DNA of 64,000 nucleotides from contig NZ_JAPUDY010000067.1 of the NCBI RefSeq assembly GCF_027492855.1, positions 1,541 to 65,540 on the forward strand, in the 5' to 3' direction. Position numbers and translations under genes: made by a program. The DNA comes from Acidovorax sp. (GTDB lineage: Bacteria; Pseudomonadota; Gammaproteobacteria; Burkholderiales; Burkholderiaceae_C). This document shows, one piece after another, positions 10,278 through 19,309 of this stretch; the stretch's first letter is position 1, and every line of letters starts with the position of its first letter. The notes below the pieces were generated by a model. That model had not been told where the DNA came from and made no database searches. It saw nothing but the letters and a program-made list of their open reading frames with translations.

Positions 10278-10367
10278 GCGTGCACCGTATATCCAGGCGT
10301 GCAGCGAGGCACGAACGCGCGGGGCGCGGCACAATGGGCGCCCCATGCACCCCGCGCCCACCGCCCC

Positions 10368-11714
10368 ATGCAACGCATTTCTTCCCTGAACGTGGTGGAC
10401 CTGATGCTCGACGCAGTCTGCGTCGTCAACGTGGACAGCTCGATCGTGTTTGTCAGCCCTGCGTTCGAACGCATTTTTGGCTATCCCCCCGAAGAAGTGG
10501 TGGGCAAACGCATGCTCGACATGGTGCACCCCGACGACCTGGCCGCCACCCAGTGCCAAGCCAAGAGCGTGACCGAAGGCCAGTTGCAGCTGCAGTTCGA
10601 AAACCGCTATGTGCGCAAGGACGGCTCCATTGCCTATATCCGCTGGACGGCACGCTGGCTGCCCGAGCAGCAGGTGCGGCTGGCGGTGGCGCACGACGTC
10701 ACCGAGCGCCGCTTGGCGGAATCCAAGCAGGCCGTGATCTACGCCATCTCGGAGGCCGCCCACACCACCCAGAACCTGGAAGCGCTGTTCCAGGACATCC
10801 ACCAGATCATCGGCAAGCTGCTGCCCGCCACCAACTTTGCGGTCGCGCTGCATGACGCCGATACCGATGTACTGAGCTTCCCCTACCACGTCAACGAGCA
10901 CCTGCCCGCCCCCGCGCCGATGCCGCTGGCGCAGGACGCACTGTGCGCCGAGGTGATCAGCCAGGGCCGCCCCCTACTGCTGACCCCCGAAACCCTTGCA
11001 GCACACCACCTGGCCGCCCCACAAGCCACGGCCCCGCTGTATTGGCTGGGCGTGCCGCTGCAAACACACAAGGGCGCAATCGGCGCGCTGGTGCTGCAAA
11101 GCTACACCGAACAAGGCCGCTACACCGACAAGGACAAGGAGCTGCTGCAGTTCGCCTCCACCCAGGTGGCCGCAGCCATTGAGCGCAAGCAGATGCACGA
11201 GCGCCTGGAGCACATGGCCCAGTACGACGCGCTCACGCACCTGCCCAACCGGCGGCTGTTTCTCGACCGCCTCAAGACCGCGTTGGCCCGCGCGCGGCGA
11301 GACCAGCGCCTGCTGTCCCTGCTGTTCATCGACCTGGACCGCTTCAAGGATGTGAACGACACCTTGGGCCACGCCATGGGCGACCTGCTGCTGCAGCGTG
11401 TGGCGCAGCGTTTGATCGAATGTGTGCGCGGCTCCGACACCGTGGCCCGCCTGGGCGGCGACGAGTTTGTGGTGCTGCTCGAAAGCGGCCAGGCCCGCGA
11501 CCACGCCACGGCGGTGGCCGACAAGATCCTGGCGGCCTTCGGCCAGCCGTTCGACCTGGACGGCCAGTCCCTCACCATCCAGCCCAGCATCGGCGTTGCC
11601 ATCTACCCAGAGCACGGCGACGAGGAACACCACCTGCTCGGCCATGCCGACGAGGCCATGTACCTGTCCAAGAAAAACGGCGGCAACCAGGTGCACATGG
11701 CCGGAACGCCGTGA
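10368..11714 (+). CDS. PAS-GAF-GGDEF diguanylate cyclase
   Basis: Start taken at MQRISSLNVVDLMLDAVCVVN (ATG 10368). It has a PAS region, a GAF-like middle part and a GGDEF core (RLGGDEFVVLLE). Confidence 0.85.
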   Translation: MQRISSLNVVDLMLDAVCVVNVDSSIVFVSPAFERIFGYPPEEVVGKRMLDMVHPDDLAATQCQAKSVTEGQLQLQFENRYVRKDGSIAYIRWTARWLPEQQVRLAVAHDVTERRLAESKQAVIYAISEAAHTTQNLEALFQDIHQIIGKLLPATNFAVALHDADTDVLSFPYHVNEHLPAPAPMPLAQDALCAEVISQGRPLLLTPETLAAHHLAAPQATAPLYWLGVPLQTHKGAIGALVLQSYTEQGRYTDKDKELLQFASTQVAAAIERKQMHERLEHMAQYDALTHLPNRRLFLDRLKTALARARRDQRLLSLLFIDLDRFKDVNDTLGHAMGDLLLQRVAQRLIECVRGSDTVARLGGDEFVVLLESGQARDHATAVADKILAAFGQPFDLDGQSLTIQPSIGVAIYPEHGDEEHHLLGHADEAMYLSKKNGGNQVHMAGTP

Positions 11715-11749
11715 GCACCACCACATCCACCGCATCACCCTGCCGCACC

Positions 11750-12217
11750 ATGCTCTACAACGCCCTCCTCCTCGCCCACCTGCTGTCCGTCATCGTCTGG
11801 GTTGGCGGCATGGCCTTTGCCCACTTCTTTCTGCGCCCCGCAGCACAGGCGCTCCCGCCGCCGCAGCGCTTGGCGCTGATGCACGACGTGCTGCGGCGCT
11901 TTCTGGCCGCCGTGGCGGTGGCCATCGTGGTGGTGCTGGCCAGCGGGCTGTGGATGATCGGCCGCGTAGCGCGGCAAGCGGTGCAGGCGGGCGGCACGTT
12001 TGCCATGCCGCTGGACTGGACCCTCATGGCCACCCTGGGCCTGGTGATGGTGGCCATCTTCGGCTACATCCGCCTGGTGCCGTTCCGGCGCCTGCAGCGG
12101 GCGGTGGCGGCATCCGACTGGCCCGCGGGCGGCCAGGCCATGGCCGCTATTCGCCAATGGGTGGGCGTGAACCTGGTGCTGGGCGTGGCCATCGTGTCCA
12201 TCACCGTGCTTTTGTAG
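11750..12217 (+). CDS. Small integral membrane protein, CopD-like (4 predicted TM helices)
   Basis: 155 aa, MLYNALLLAHLLSVIVWVGGMAFAHFFLRPA.., with four hydrophobic segments. The family name is tentative. Confidence 0.6.
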   Translation: MLYNALLLAHLLSVIVWVGGMAFAHFFLRPAAQALPPPQRLALMHDVLRRFLAAVAVAIVVVLASGLWMIGRVARQAVQAGGTFAMPLDWTLMATLGLVMVAIFGYIRLVPFRRLQRAVAASDWPAGGQAMAAIRQWVGVNLVLGVAIVSITVLL

Positions 12218-12235
12218 CGCGCTCCGCCCCCGTCA

Positions 12236-12964
12236 ATGCACGATGGCCAGCTTGCCAAAGTGCCGCCCGCCCGCGCTGAGTTCGGCATAGGCCGCCTGCG
12301 TTTCGTCGATGCCCTCGCACAAAACCAGCAACTGGCACCAGCGGGCAAGCTGCGCATCAGCGCACCCGTCACTTTTGGCGCCGAGGCGCTGATGCCCGCC
12401 CTGTCGTCCTACCTCGACCGCTACCCCGAGATCAGCGTGGACCTGGCGCTGAACGACCGTGTGGTGGATCTGCTGGAAGAGGGCTTTGAAGCCGCCATCC
12501 GCATCGGCCATTTGCCGGATTCCGCACTCATCGCAAGGCCTCTGGCGCCTTACCGGCTGATGGTCTGCGCGTCTCCCGCCTACCTTGCACGCCACGGCAC
12601 GCCACAAAGGCCCGACGATCTGGCAGGCCACGAATGCCTGTCGTTCACCCCCTCCGCGCTCGCGCACTGGAGCCTCACGGGCGACGACGGCGTGTGCCGG
12701 GTGCCCGTGTCCGGGCGGCTCAAGGTCAACAACGGGCAGGCGCTGCGGGTGGCGGCGTTGCATGGCCTGGGCATCGTCCTGCAGTCGGCCATCCTGCTCG
12801 AATCCGATGTCCGAGCGGGCCGCCTGGTGCAACTGCTCGCCGACTACGAGCTCCCCAGCCGCCCCATGCACGTGGTGTACCCGCCAGACCGCTACCGCTC
12901 ACCCAAGCTGCGCAGCTTTGTGGATTTCTTGCTGGAGCGGTTTTCTGAGGGTTCACCTACTTGA
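12236..12964 (+). pseudogene. LysR-type regulator remnant: effector-binding domain only, HTH domain missing
   Basis: The translation matches LysR co-inducer domains from about GKLRISAPVTFGAEALMPALSSYLDRYPEISVDLALNDRVVDLLEEGFEAAIRIG onward. Only about 35 non-HTH residues precede it, and the upstream gene ends 18 bp away. Confidence 0.6.
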
Positions 12965-13040
12965 GGCACGGGCAAGCTCTCTGCTGCCATACCTCCGGCG
13001 CGCCGGGCCTCTACCATCGGCGTAAGAGGAGCCCTGCTAC

Positions 13041-14879
13041 GTGTTGTTCAAGTATTTCGAAAACCGCCTTCCCCCCTACCCGCCCGCCGAGCCCCACTTG
13101 CCCCCCAAGGGTTTCATGGCCTTTGTGTGGGACGGCACCCAGGGCCTGCGCGGCTACGTGATCGCGATGGCGGCGCTTTCCGCCGCCATCGCCATCTTCG
13201 AGGCCCTGCTGTTCGCCGTGCTCGGGCATGTGGTGGACTGGATCTCGACCATGGCGCCGGGTGCGCTGTGGGCCGAGCGCAAGGGCTCCATCCTGGGCAT
13301 CGTGGCGCTGCTGCTCGGCTCGGTGGTGTTGGTGACCTGGCAAACCAGCCTCAAGCACCAGGCGCTGGCCATCAACTTTCCGCTGCGGCTGCGCTGGAAC
13401 TTCCACCGCCTGATGCTGGGCCAGAGCATGGCGTTTTATGCCGACGAGTTCGCGGGCCGCATCACCACCAAGATCATGCAGACCGCGCTGGCGGTGCGCG
13501 ACATGATCTTCACCACCACCGACGTGGTGATCGGCATGGGCATCTACCTTGTCACCATCCTGGTGCTGCTGGCGGGGTTCGACGCACGGTTGATCGTGCC
13601 TTTTGCAGTGTGGATCGTGGCCTACGGCCTGGCCTGCTGGTATTTTGTGCCGCGCCTGGGCCAGGTGGGCAAGGCGCAGGCCGATGCGCGTTCGGTGATG
13701 ACCGGGCGCATCACCGATGCCTATACCAACATCGCCACCGTCAAGCTGTTCTCGCACACCCGGCGCGAGTCGGAGTTCGCGCGCGCGGCCATGGACGCCT
13801 TCAAGCTCACGGGTTACGCGCAGATGCGGCTGGTGAGCCTGTTTGAAATCGTGAACCAGGTGCTGGTGGTGGGCATGATCCTGGGCGCCTGCGGCACGGC
13901 GCTGTGGCTGTGGACGCTGGGCGAGGTGGGTGCGGGCGCCGTGGCCGCCGTCATTGCGATGACGCTGCGCGTCTCCGGCCACGCCCACTGGGTGATGTGG
14001 GAGATGACCACGCTGTTCGAGAGCGTGGGCACCATCCAGGACGGCATCAACACCCTGACCAAACCGCGCACCGTGGTCGATGCGCCCGACGCCAAGCCCC
14101 TGCAGGTCACGCAGGGCGAGGTACGCTTTGACAACGTGAGTTTTGCCTATGGCGGCGGGCGTCCTGTCATCGACCAGCTCCAGCTCACCATCCGCCCCGG
14201 CGAAAAGATTGGCCTGATCGGCCGCTCGGGCGCGGGCAAGTCCACGCTGGTCAATCTGCTGCTGCGTTTTCATGACGTGCGCTCGGGCCGGGTGCTGATC
14301 GATGGACAAGACATCGCCCATGTCACGCAAGACAGCCTGCGCCGCAACATCGGCATGGTCACGCAAGACACATCGCTGCTGCACCGCTCCATGCGCGACA
14401 ACATCCTGTATGGCCGCCCCGACGCGAGCGAGGAAGACATGCACACCGCCGCCCGCCGCGCCGAGGCCGCCGAGTTCATCGAGACGCTGACTGACTTGCA
14501 CGGCCGCACCGGCTACGACGCCCAGGTGGGCGAGCGTGGCGTGAAGCTCTCGGGCGGCCAGCGCCAGCGGGTGGCGATTGCCCGTGTGATGCTCAAGGAC
14601 GCCCCTATCTTGCTGCTCGACGAAGCCACCAGCGCGCTCGACTCCGAGGTGGAGGCCGCCATCCAGCAAAGCCTGGACAGCCTGATGGAAGGCAAAACCG
14701 TGATCGCCATCGCGCACCGCTTGTCCACCATCGCGGCCATGGACCGGCTCATCGTGCTGGACGCAGGCCGCATCGTGGAGGAAGGCACCCACGCGCAACT
14801 CTTGGCGCTGGGCGGCGTGTATGCGCGGCTGTGGGGGCACCAGAGCGGCGGGTTTCTGGGCGAGACGGACGAGGACTGA
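13041..14879 (+). CDS. ABC transporter, fused permease/ATPase (exporter type)
   Basis: 612 aa with a GTG start. It has 6 TM segments, then Walker A GRSGAGKST, the signature LSGGQRQR and Walker B ILLLDEATS. Confidence 0.9.
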   Translation: MLFKYFENRLPPYPPAEPHLPPKGFMAFVWDGTQGLRGYVIAMAALSAAIAIFEALLFAVLGHVVDWISTMAPGALWAERKGSILGIVALLLGSVVLVTWQTSLKHQALAINFPLRLRWNFHRLMLGQSMAFYADEFAGRITTKIMQTALAVRDMIFTTTDVVIGMGIYLVTILVLLAGFDARLIVPFAVWIVAYGLACWYFVPRLGQVGKAQADARSVMTGRITDAYTNIATVKLFSHTRRESEFARAAMDAFKLTGYAQMRLVSLFEIVNQVLVVGMILGACGTALWLWTLGEVGAGAVAAVIAMTLRVSGHAHWVMWEMTTLFESVGTIQDGINTLTKPRTVVDAPDAKPLQVTQGEVRFDNVSFAYGGGRPVIDQLQLTIRPGEKIGLIGRSGAGKSTLVNLLLRFHDVRSGRVLIDGQDIAHVTQDSLRRNIGMVTQDTSLLHRSMRDNILYGRPDASEEDMHTAARRAEAAEFIETLTDLHGRTGYDAQVGERGVKLSGGQRQRVAIARVMLKDAPILLLDEATSALDSEVEAAIQQSLDSLMEGKTVIAIAHRLSTIAAMDRLIVLDAGRIVEEGTHAQLLALGGVYARLWGHQSGGFLGETDED

Positions 14880-14906
14880 TGCCGGCATGCGTTCAAAAAT
14901 ATAAGT

Positions 14907-14966
14907 CCGTTCACGCTGAGCCTGTCGAAGCGCTGCGCAAGGCTTCGACAGGCTCAGCCCGAACGG
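14907..14966. repeat. R2 GC-rich palindromic repeat, copy a
   Basis: ccgttcacgctgagcctgtcgaagcgctgcgcaaggcttcgacaggctcagcccgaacgg. Confidence 0.85.
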
Positions 14967-15104
14967 TTCTTGTTTATTGAACGCAAACTGGTATGAGCCC
15001 GCGCGCCGGGTGCTAGCGGGACCTCGCCGCCACAGGGTGGATCATGAGTGATAATCCATTCTCAATAACGCATTTCCCAGCTCGGTTCAGCGCAGACAAC
15101 CTCC

Positions 15105-15503
15105 ATGGAACGATTCACCCGGCAACGCACAGCCATCCACGCGGCCATCGCCAGCGCGGAGCGTCCGCTGTCGCCCCAAGAGGTGCTGGAGACCGCCCGC
15201 GCTGCGGTGGATGGCCTGGGCATGGCCACGGTGTACCGCAACCTCAAGGCCTTGCTGGACGATGGCTCGATCCAGGCCGTTCAACTGCCTGGCGAAAGCC
15301 CGCGCTACGAAGCCGCCGGGCAGTCGCACCACCACCACTTCCAGTGCACGCTGTGCACACGCGTGTTCGACGTGCATGCCTGCCCTGGCGATCTGCAGGC
15401 GCTGGCACCGAAGGGCTTCATGGTCGAAGGCCACGAACTGACGCTGTATGGGCGCTGCGCGGACTGCGCACCCCAGGCCCGCGCGGAGAGCAGGCCACAG
15501 TGA
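15105..15503 (+). CDS. Fur-family metalloregulator (Zur-like)
   Basis: 132 aa with a winged helix (ATVYRNLKAL), HHHHFQCTLC and CADC motifs. Confidence 0.85.
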   Translation: MERFTRQRTAIHAAIASAERPLSPQEVLETARAAVDGLGMATVYRNLKALLDDGSIQAVQLPGESPRYEAAGQSHHHHFQCTLCTRVFDVHACPGDLQALAPKGFMVEGHELTLYGRCADCAPQARAESRPQ

Positions 15504-15916
15504 ACGCGCTGTCCGTCTTGCGGCGCACCGACCAGTCGGCGCGCCAATGGCTCGCCGCCATCGTTCTGCTGAGCGTGTTGTGTGCCCATGCCCTGGGTTT
15601 CATGCACGGCATCGCGCATGCGTTCCATGCCGACACGGCGCAGTCCGCACCCTCCGGCTTCGCGCCGCAAGATGCCCACGGCGCGGATACCGCACCCGAG
15701 TCGGGCTGGCTGCAAGCGCTGTTCGCCAGCCACGACGACGCCGGGGATTGCCGCTTGTTCGACGCGCAAGGCCAGCAGCACGGGCCCGTGCTGTGCCTGC
15801 CCGCGCTCTCGCACGCGCAGGCGCCCTGCACCAACCTTCAGCAACGCCTTGCTGGCGCTTGCGTGGCACGCTGGGCCACGCTTTTCGACGCGCGCGCTCC
15901 CCCCGCTTTCCACTGA
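15500..15916 (+). CDS. Hypothetical membrane-anchored His-rich protein, translationally coupled to the Fur-family gene
   Basis: The GTG start overlaps the Fur stop (caGTGAac). It has one N-terminal hydrophobic helix, then HGIAHAFH and a DCRLFD motif, with high GC3 codon bias. It may be DUF2946-like. Confidence 0.45.
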   Translation: MNALSVLRRTDQSARQWLAAIVLLSVLCAHALGFMHGIAHAFHADTAQSAPSGFAPQDAHGADTAPESGWLQALFASHDDAGDCRLFDAQGQQHGPVLCLPALSHAQAPCTNLQQRLAGACVARWATLFDARAPPAFH

Positions 15917-16015
15917 ACCCTTCATTTGGAAACACCCGCATGCACACAGGCATGCGGTGTCGTATCGACACCTTCAGTGCTTGAGAAGCACTTGTCTCAG
16001 ACGCCCCTTCCCCAT

Positions 16016-16087
16016 CCGTTCGGGCTGAGCCCGTCGAAGCCAGGGCGCCCTTTGCCCACAGCCCTTCGACGGGCTCAGGGCGAACGG
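16016..16087. repeat. R2 palindromic repeat, copy b
   Basis: ccgttcgggctgagcccgtcgaagccagggcgccctttgcccacagcccttcgacgggctcagggcgaacggg. Confidence 0.85.
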
Positions 16088-16137
16088 GTCTGTCTGCGGC
16101 ATGTAGCGAATCAAGCTTCAGTGAGAAAGAAAGAACC

Positions 16138-17397
16138 ATGAAAAATTCATCCCTCAAGGGCGGCCTGGCGCTGTCCTTCGTATTGGCATTGGCAGCCTGC
16201 GGCGGCGGCAACAGCGGCAACGGCGACCGCCATGAATCCGTAAAAATCGACACCGCAGGCCGCCTGGCCATCGCGGAAGACGCCGCGACCGCGCTGCGCA
16301 TCTATGACCTGGACAGCAGCTCCGTGGTGTCGAACTTCCCGCTCGCCAACCCACCCTCTGCGGTGTATGCCAGCCCTGGCGGGCGCTATGCGCTGGCCTT
16401 CCAGCGGGCGCAGGACACCGTGCAGATCGCCGATGCAGGCATCTGGCAGGAAGACCACGGCGACCACCTGCACGACTACAAGGCCGCACCCAAGATGCTG
16501 AGCTTCCGCATCAACGGCGCCCAGCCCACCCACTATGACAACCGCGCAGGCCAAGCCAGCATCTTCATGGACGGCCGGGCGCCGTCCACGGTGTCTTCCG
16601 CCGTTGTGTTCAAGGACGCGGACCTGGCCGCGGGCAAGATTGGCGCCAGCATCAACTTCGCGCTGCCCATGCACGGCTTCGCAGAGCCCAATGGCAACTT
16701 CCTGATTGCAACGTACCGCGCGGCCGACGCCACCGGCCCGACGCAGGTGGAAGTCCACAGCCGCCAGGGTGCGCAATACACCTTCGTCAACCGCATCGAC
16801 CTGCAATGCCCCGGAATGCACGGCAGCTACACGCGCGGCAGCACCACCTTGGCGGGCTGCACGGACGGTGTGCTGGCCGTCTCGCCACAGGCTGCCGGTG
16901 TTGCCACGGCCACGAAGATTGCCACCGCAACACGCGTGAGCACGGTGGCCGGCCATCCCAAGCTGGCGCAATTCGTCGGCATTGGCAACGCAGGCACGCC
17001 ATCCACCACCCAGTTCTACGACATTGACACGGCTTCCAAAAAGGCCACCGCCATGGCGATCACGGGCTGGACCGAAGGCCGCCTGCGCCGCGCGCACAGC
17101 TTTGACCGCGCCGGGCGGTATTTCTTCGTGCTGGATGACACCGGCGCCCTCCACGTCCTGGAGCGTGGCGCGTCGGGCTGGGTGACCAAGAAGTCCATCG
17201 CGGGCGCCATCCCCGCCATGCCCACGGCAGCGCCGTTCCCAGCCCTGGTGGCGAACGAAGCGCGGGACGAGATCTATCTCACAGACCCCGGCGCGCGCCA
17301 ACTGGTGGTCGTCAACACGGTTTCGCTGGAAGTGGCTCGCCGCACCAACCTCGACTTCCGCCCGACCGCCCTGGCCTGGATGGGAATCGCCCGGTAA
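16138..17397 (+). CDS. Periplasmic lipoprotein, probable beta-propeller metal-binding protein (AztD-like zinc chaperone candidate)
   Basis: 419 aa with a lipobox (LALAACGG), a WQEDHGDHLHDY His motif and repetitive beta-strand-like segments. It lies next to the Fur-family gene. The functional call is an inference. Confidence 0.5.
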   Translation: MKNSSLKGGLALSFVLALAACGGGNSGNGDRHESVKIDTAGRLAIAEDAATALRIYDLDSSSVVSNFPLANPPSAVYASPGGRYALAFQRAQDTVQIADAGIWQEDHGDHLHDYKAAPKMLSFRINGAQPTHYDNRAGQASIFMDGRAPSTVSSAVVFKDADLAAGKIGASINFALPMHGFAEPNGNFLIATYRAADATGPTQVEVHSRQGAQYTFVNRIDLQCPGMHGSYTRGSTTLAGCTDGVLAVSPQAAGVATATKIATATRVSTVAGHPKLAQFVGIGNAGTPSTTQFYDIDTASKKATAMAITGWTEGRLRRAHSFDRAGRYFFVLDDTGALHVLERGASGWVTKKSIAGAIPAMPTAAPFPALVANEARDEIYLTDPGARQLVVVNTVSLEVARRTNLDFRPTALAWMGIAR

Positions 17398-17483
17398 ACC
17401 CGGTAAGGCAGGGCCAAGGCGCATGCCCGCGCCGAGCCCCGCGCTTACACTGGAGAGCCGTGCATTTTGCACCTGAAATTGTG

Positions 17484-17543
17484 ACAAAAATGGCTCTAGC
17501 GCTTTATCAACAAGCGCTAGCAGCTATATTATTGATAGCAATC
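17484..17543 (+). repeat. R1 repeat, copy D
   Basis: acaaaaatggctctagcgctttatcaacaagcgctagcagctatattattgatagcaatcc. Both hairpins are perfect (CTAGCGCTT/AAGCGCTAG and GCTAT/ATAGC). Confidence 0.85.
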
Positions 17544-17563
17544 CATTTGGCGCCAAACTCTCC

Positions 17564-17857
17564 ATGACAAGCACCCCTGCGATGGCCATCGACATGCCCG
17601 TCCCCACCGGCGACCAGCTCAAGGCCGCGCGCACCGCCGCCGGCCTGAGCCAGGCCCAGGCCGCCGAACTCATGGGTTACCCGCTGCAGACCGGCAGCCG
17701 GGGCGGCGTGCAGTCGCGCACCTGGCAGGCGCTGGAAAGCACCAGCGACGAGCGCAACATGCAGGGACCGGTGTTTGCGATGTTTTTGCTGCTCACCGGG
17801 CAACACCCGGCGTTCGAGCTGATCCGCAAGCCCCCTTCTTCGGACACCGGGGCCTGA
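17564..17857 (+). CDS. Small HTH (XRE-like) protein
   Basis: 97 aa containing LKAARTAAGLSQAQAAELMG, a helix-turn-helix pattern. Confidence 0.55.
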   Translation: MTSTPAMAIDMPVPTGDQLKAARTAAGLSQAQAAELMGYPLQTGSRGGVQSRTWQALESTSDERNMQGPVFAMFLLLTGQHPAFELIRKPPSSDTGA

Positions 17858-17862
17858 ACGGC

Positions 17863-17898
17863 AAAAGGGGCGGCCCAGGCGGGCCGCCCCTTTTCTTT
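17863..17898. terminator. Bidirectional rho-independent terminator
   Basis: aaaaggggcggccc-aggc-gggccgccccttttctttgg: a 10-bp GC stem flanked by an A-run and a T-run, between convergent genes. Confidence 0.8.
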
Positions 17899-17913
17899 GG
17901 GGATACCGAACAG

Positions 17914-18906
17914 TCAATCCACCTTGATGTTCGCCGCCTTGATCACCTGCGCCCATTTCTCGACTTCGGCCTTCTGGAAGCTGGCGATCTGGGCCACGGT
18001 CAGGTCGGCGGGCTCCATGCCAAAGCCCTTGAGGCGATTTTGCATCTCGGGCTGCGCCAGGATCTTGCGGATCTCGTCATGCAGGCGCGTCACCACCGGC
18101 ACGGGCGTGTTGGCGGGCACGAACACCGCCTGCCACGACTGCACCTGAAAATCCTTGAGCTCCGGCACGCCGGATTCGGCCACCGTGGGCACGTCGGGCA
18201 TCGACGCCAGGCGCTGCGACGAGGTGACCGCAATGGCGCGCAGCTTGCCGCTCTGGATGTGCGGCGAAGCGACCACCGTGGTGTCGAACATCATGTCCAC
18301 CTGGCCGCTGATCACGTCCTGGATGGCCGGGCCGCTGCCCTTGTAAGGCACATGCGTGAACTTCACCCCCGACTTGTAGGCCAGCAGTTCCACGGCCAAA
18401 TGCTGCGAACTGCCCGTGCCAGCCGATGCCGACGACAGGCCACCCTGCCTGCCCTTGGCGGCCGTCAGCACGTCCTTGAGCGTCTTGTACGGGCTGGCGG
18501 CAGACACCACCAGCACCACCGGGTTGGTGCCGATCAGCGTGACGGGGTTGAAGGACTTGATGGGGTCGTAGCCCAGCTTGGGGTACAGGCTGACGTTGAT
18601 GGCGTGCGAGCTGACGGTGCCGCCCAGCAGCGTGTAGCCATCGGGGGCCGAACGTGCCGCCGCCTCCGAGCCGATGCTGCCCGCGGCCCCGCCCTTGTTC
18701 TCCACCACCACCGTGGTACCGAGGGCCGTGCCCAGTTGCTGGCCGATCAGGCGCGCCAATGTGTCGGTGGTGCCACCGGCCGAAAAAGGCACCATGTAGG
18801 TAATCGGCTTGCCAGTGGGCCAGGCGCCCTGCGCCAAGGCGGACAGGCTCAAAAGGCTGCCTGCTGCGACCAAGGCGGCGGATCGGACGAGGGTTCTGCG
18901 TTGCAT
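17914..18906 (-). CDS. Bug-family (TctC-like) tripartite tricarboxylate transporter substrate-binding protein
   Basis: Start at MQRRTLVRSAALVAAGSLLSLSALAQ (ATG 18906), 330 aa. Typical Bug motifs are present (PFSAGGTTD, VENKGGAAG). Confidence 0.88.
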   Translation of the reverse strand: MQRRTLVRSAALVAAGSLLSLSALAQGAWPTGKPITYMVPFSAGGTTDTLARLIGQQLGTALGTTVVVENKGGAAGSIGSEAAARSAPDGYTLLGGTVSSHAINVSLYPKLGYDPIKSFNPVTLIGTNPVVLVVSAASPYKTLKDVLTAAKGRQGGLSSASAGTGSSQHLAVELLAYKSGVKFTHVPYKGSGPAIQDVISGQVDMMFDTTVVASPHIQSGKLRAIAVTSSQRLASMPDVPTVAESGVPELKDFQVQSWQAVFVPANTPVPVVTRLHDEIRKILAQPEMQNRLKGFGMEPADLTVAQIASFQKAEVEKWAQVIKAANIKVD

Positions 18907-19309
18907 GGTGTGTGTCTCCAGAGGTTTGAAACCGGGATGTAGAAGAAAAATGCGGTGGACTGCGGCGCGGTGGCAAAGGAAAACACGTGGCCCGAAGGTT
19001 GCCGTTTCGCCCACCACTCCAATCGCTGCGTTCTGCCCTGCTTCTGTTAAATCGGTGCTTTCGCCCACATGTCATACGTTGTCGTATAACAAGATGGCCA
19101 TTGTGATCCTGTTCATCATCCTGCACACAAAGGGATTACCCGAATTCTGGAAGGCAAAAAATCCCAATCAAAGGTAATTCCCTCTGTGCGATCACTCAAA
19201 TCTTCACAAAATTGACCCGTGACATGATTTCCACTCCAAAACAAGCCGTTGCATTTCCTGGTCTCAAGTTGTACGATGACCAACAACAAATGAACAAAAG
19301 ACACATTCC

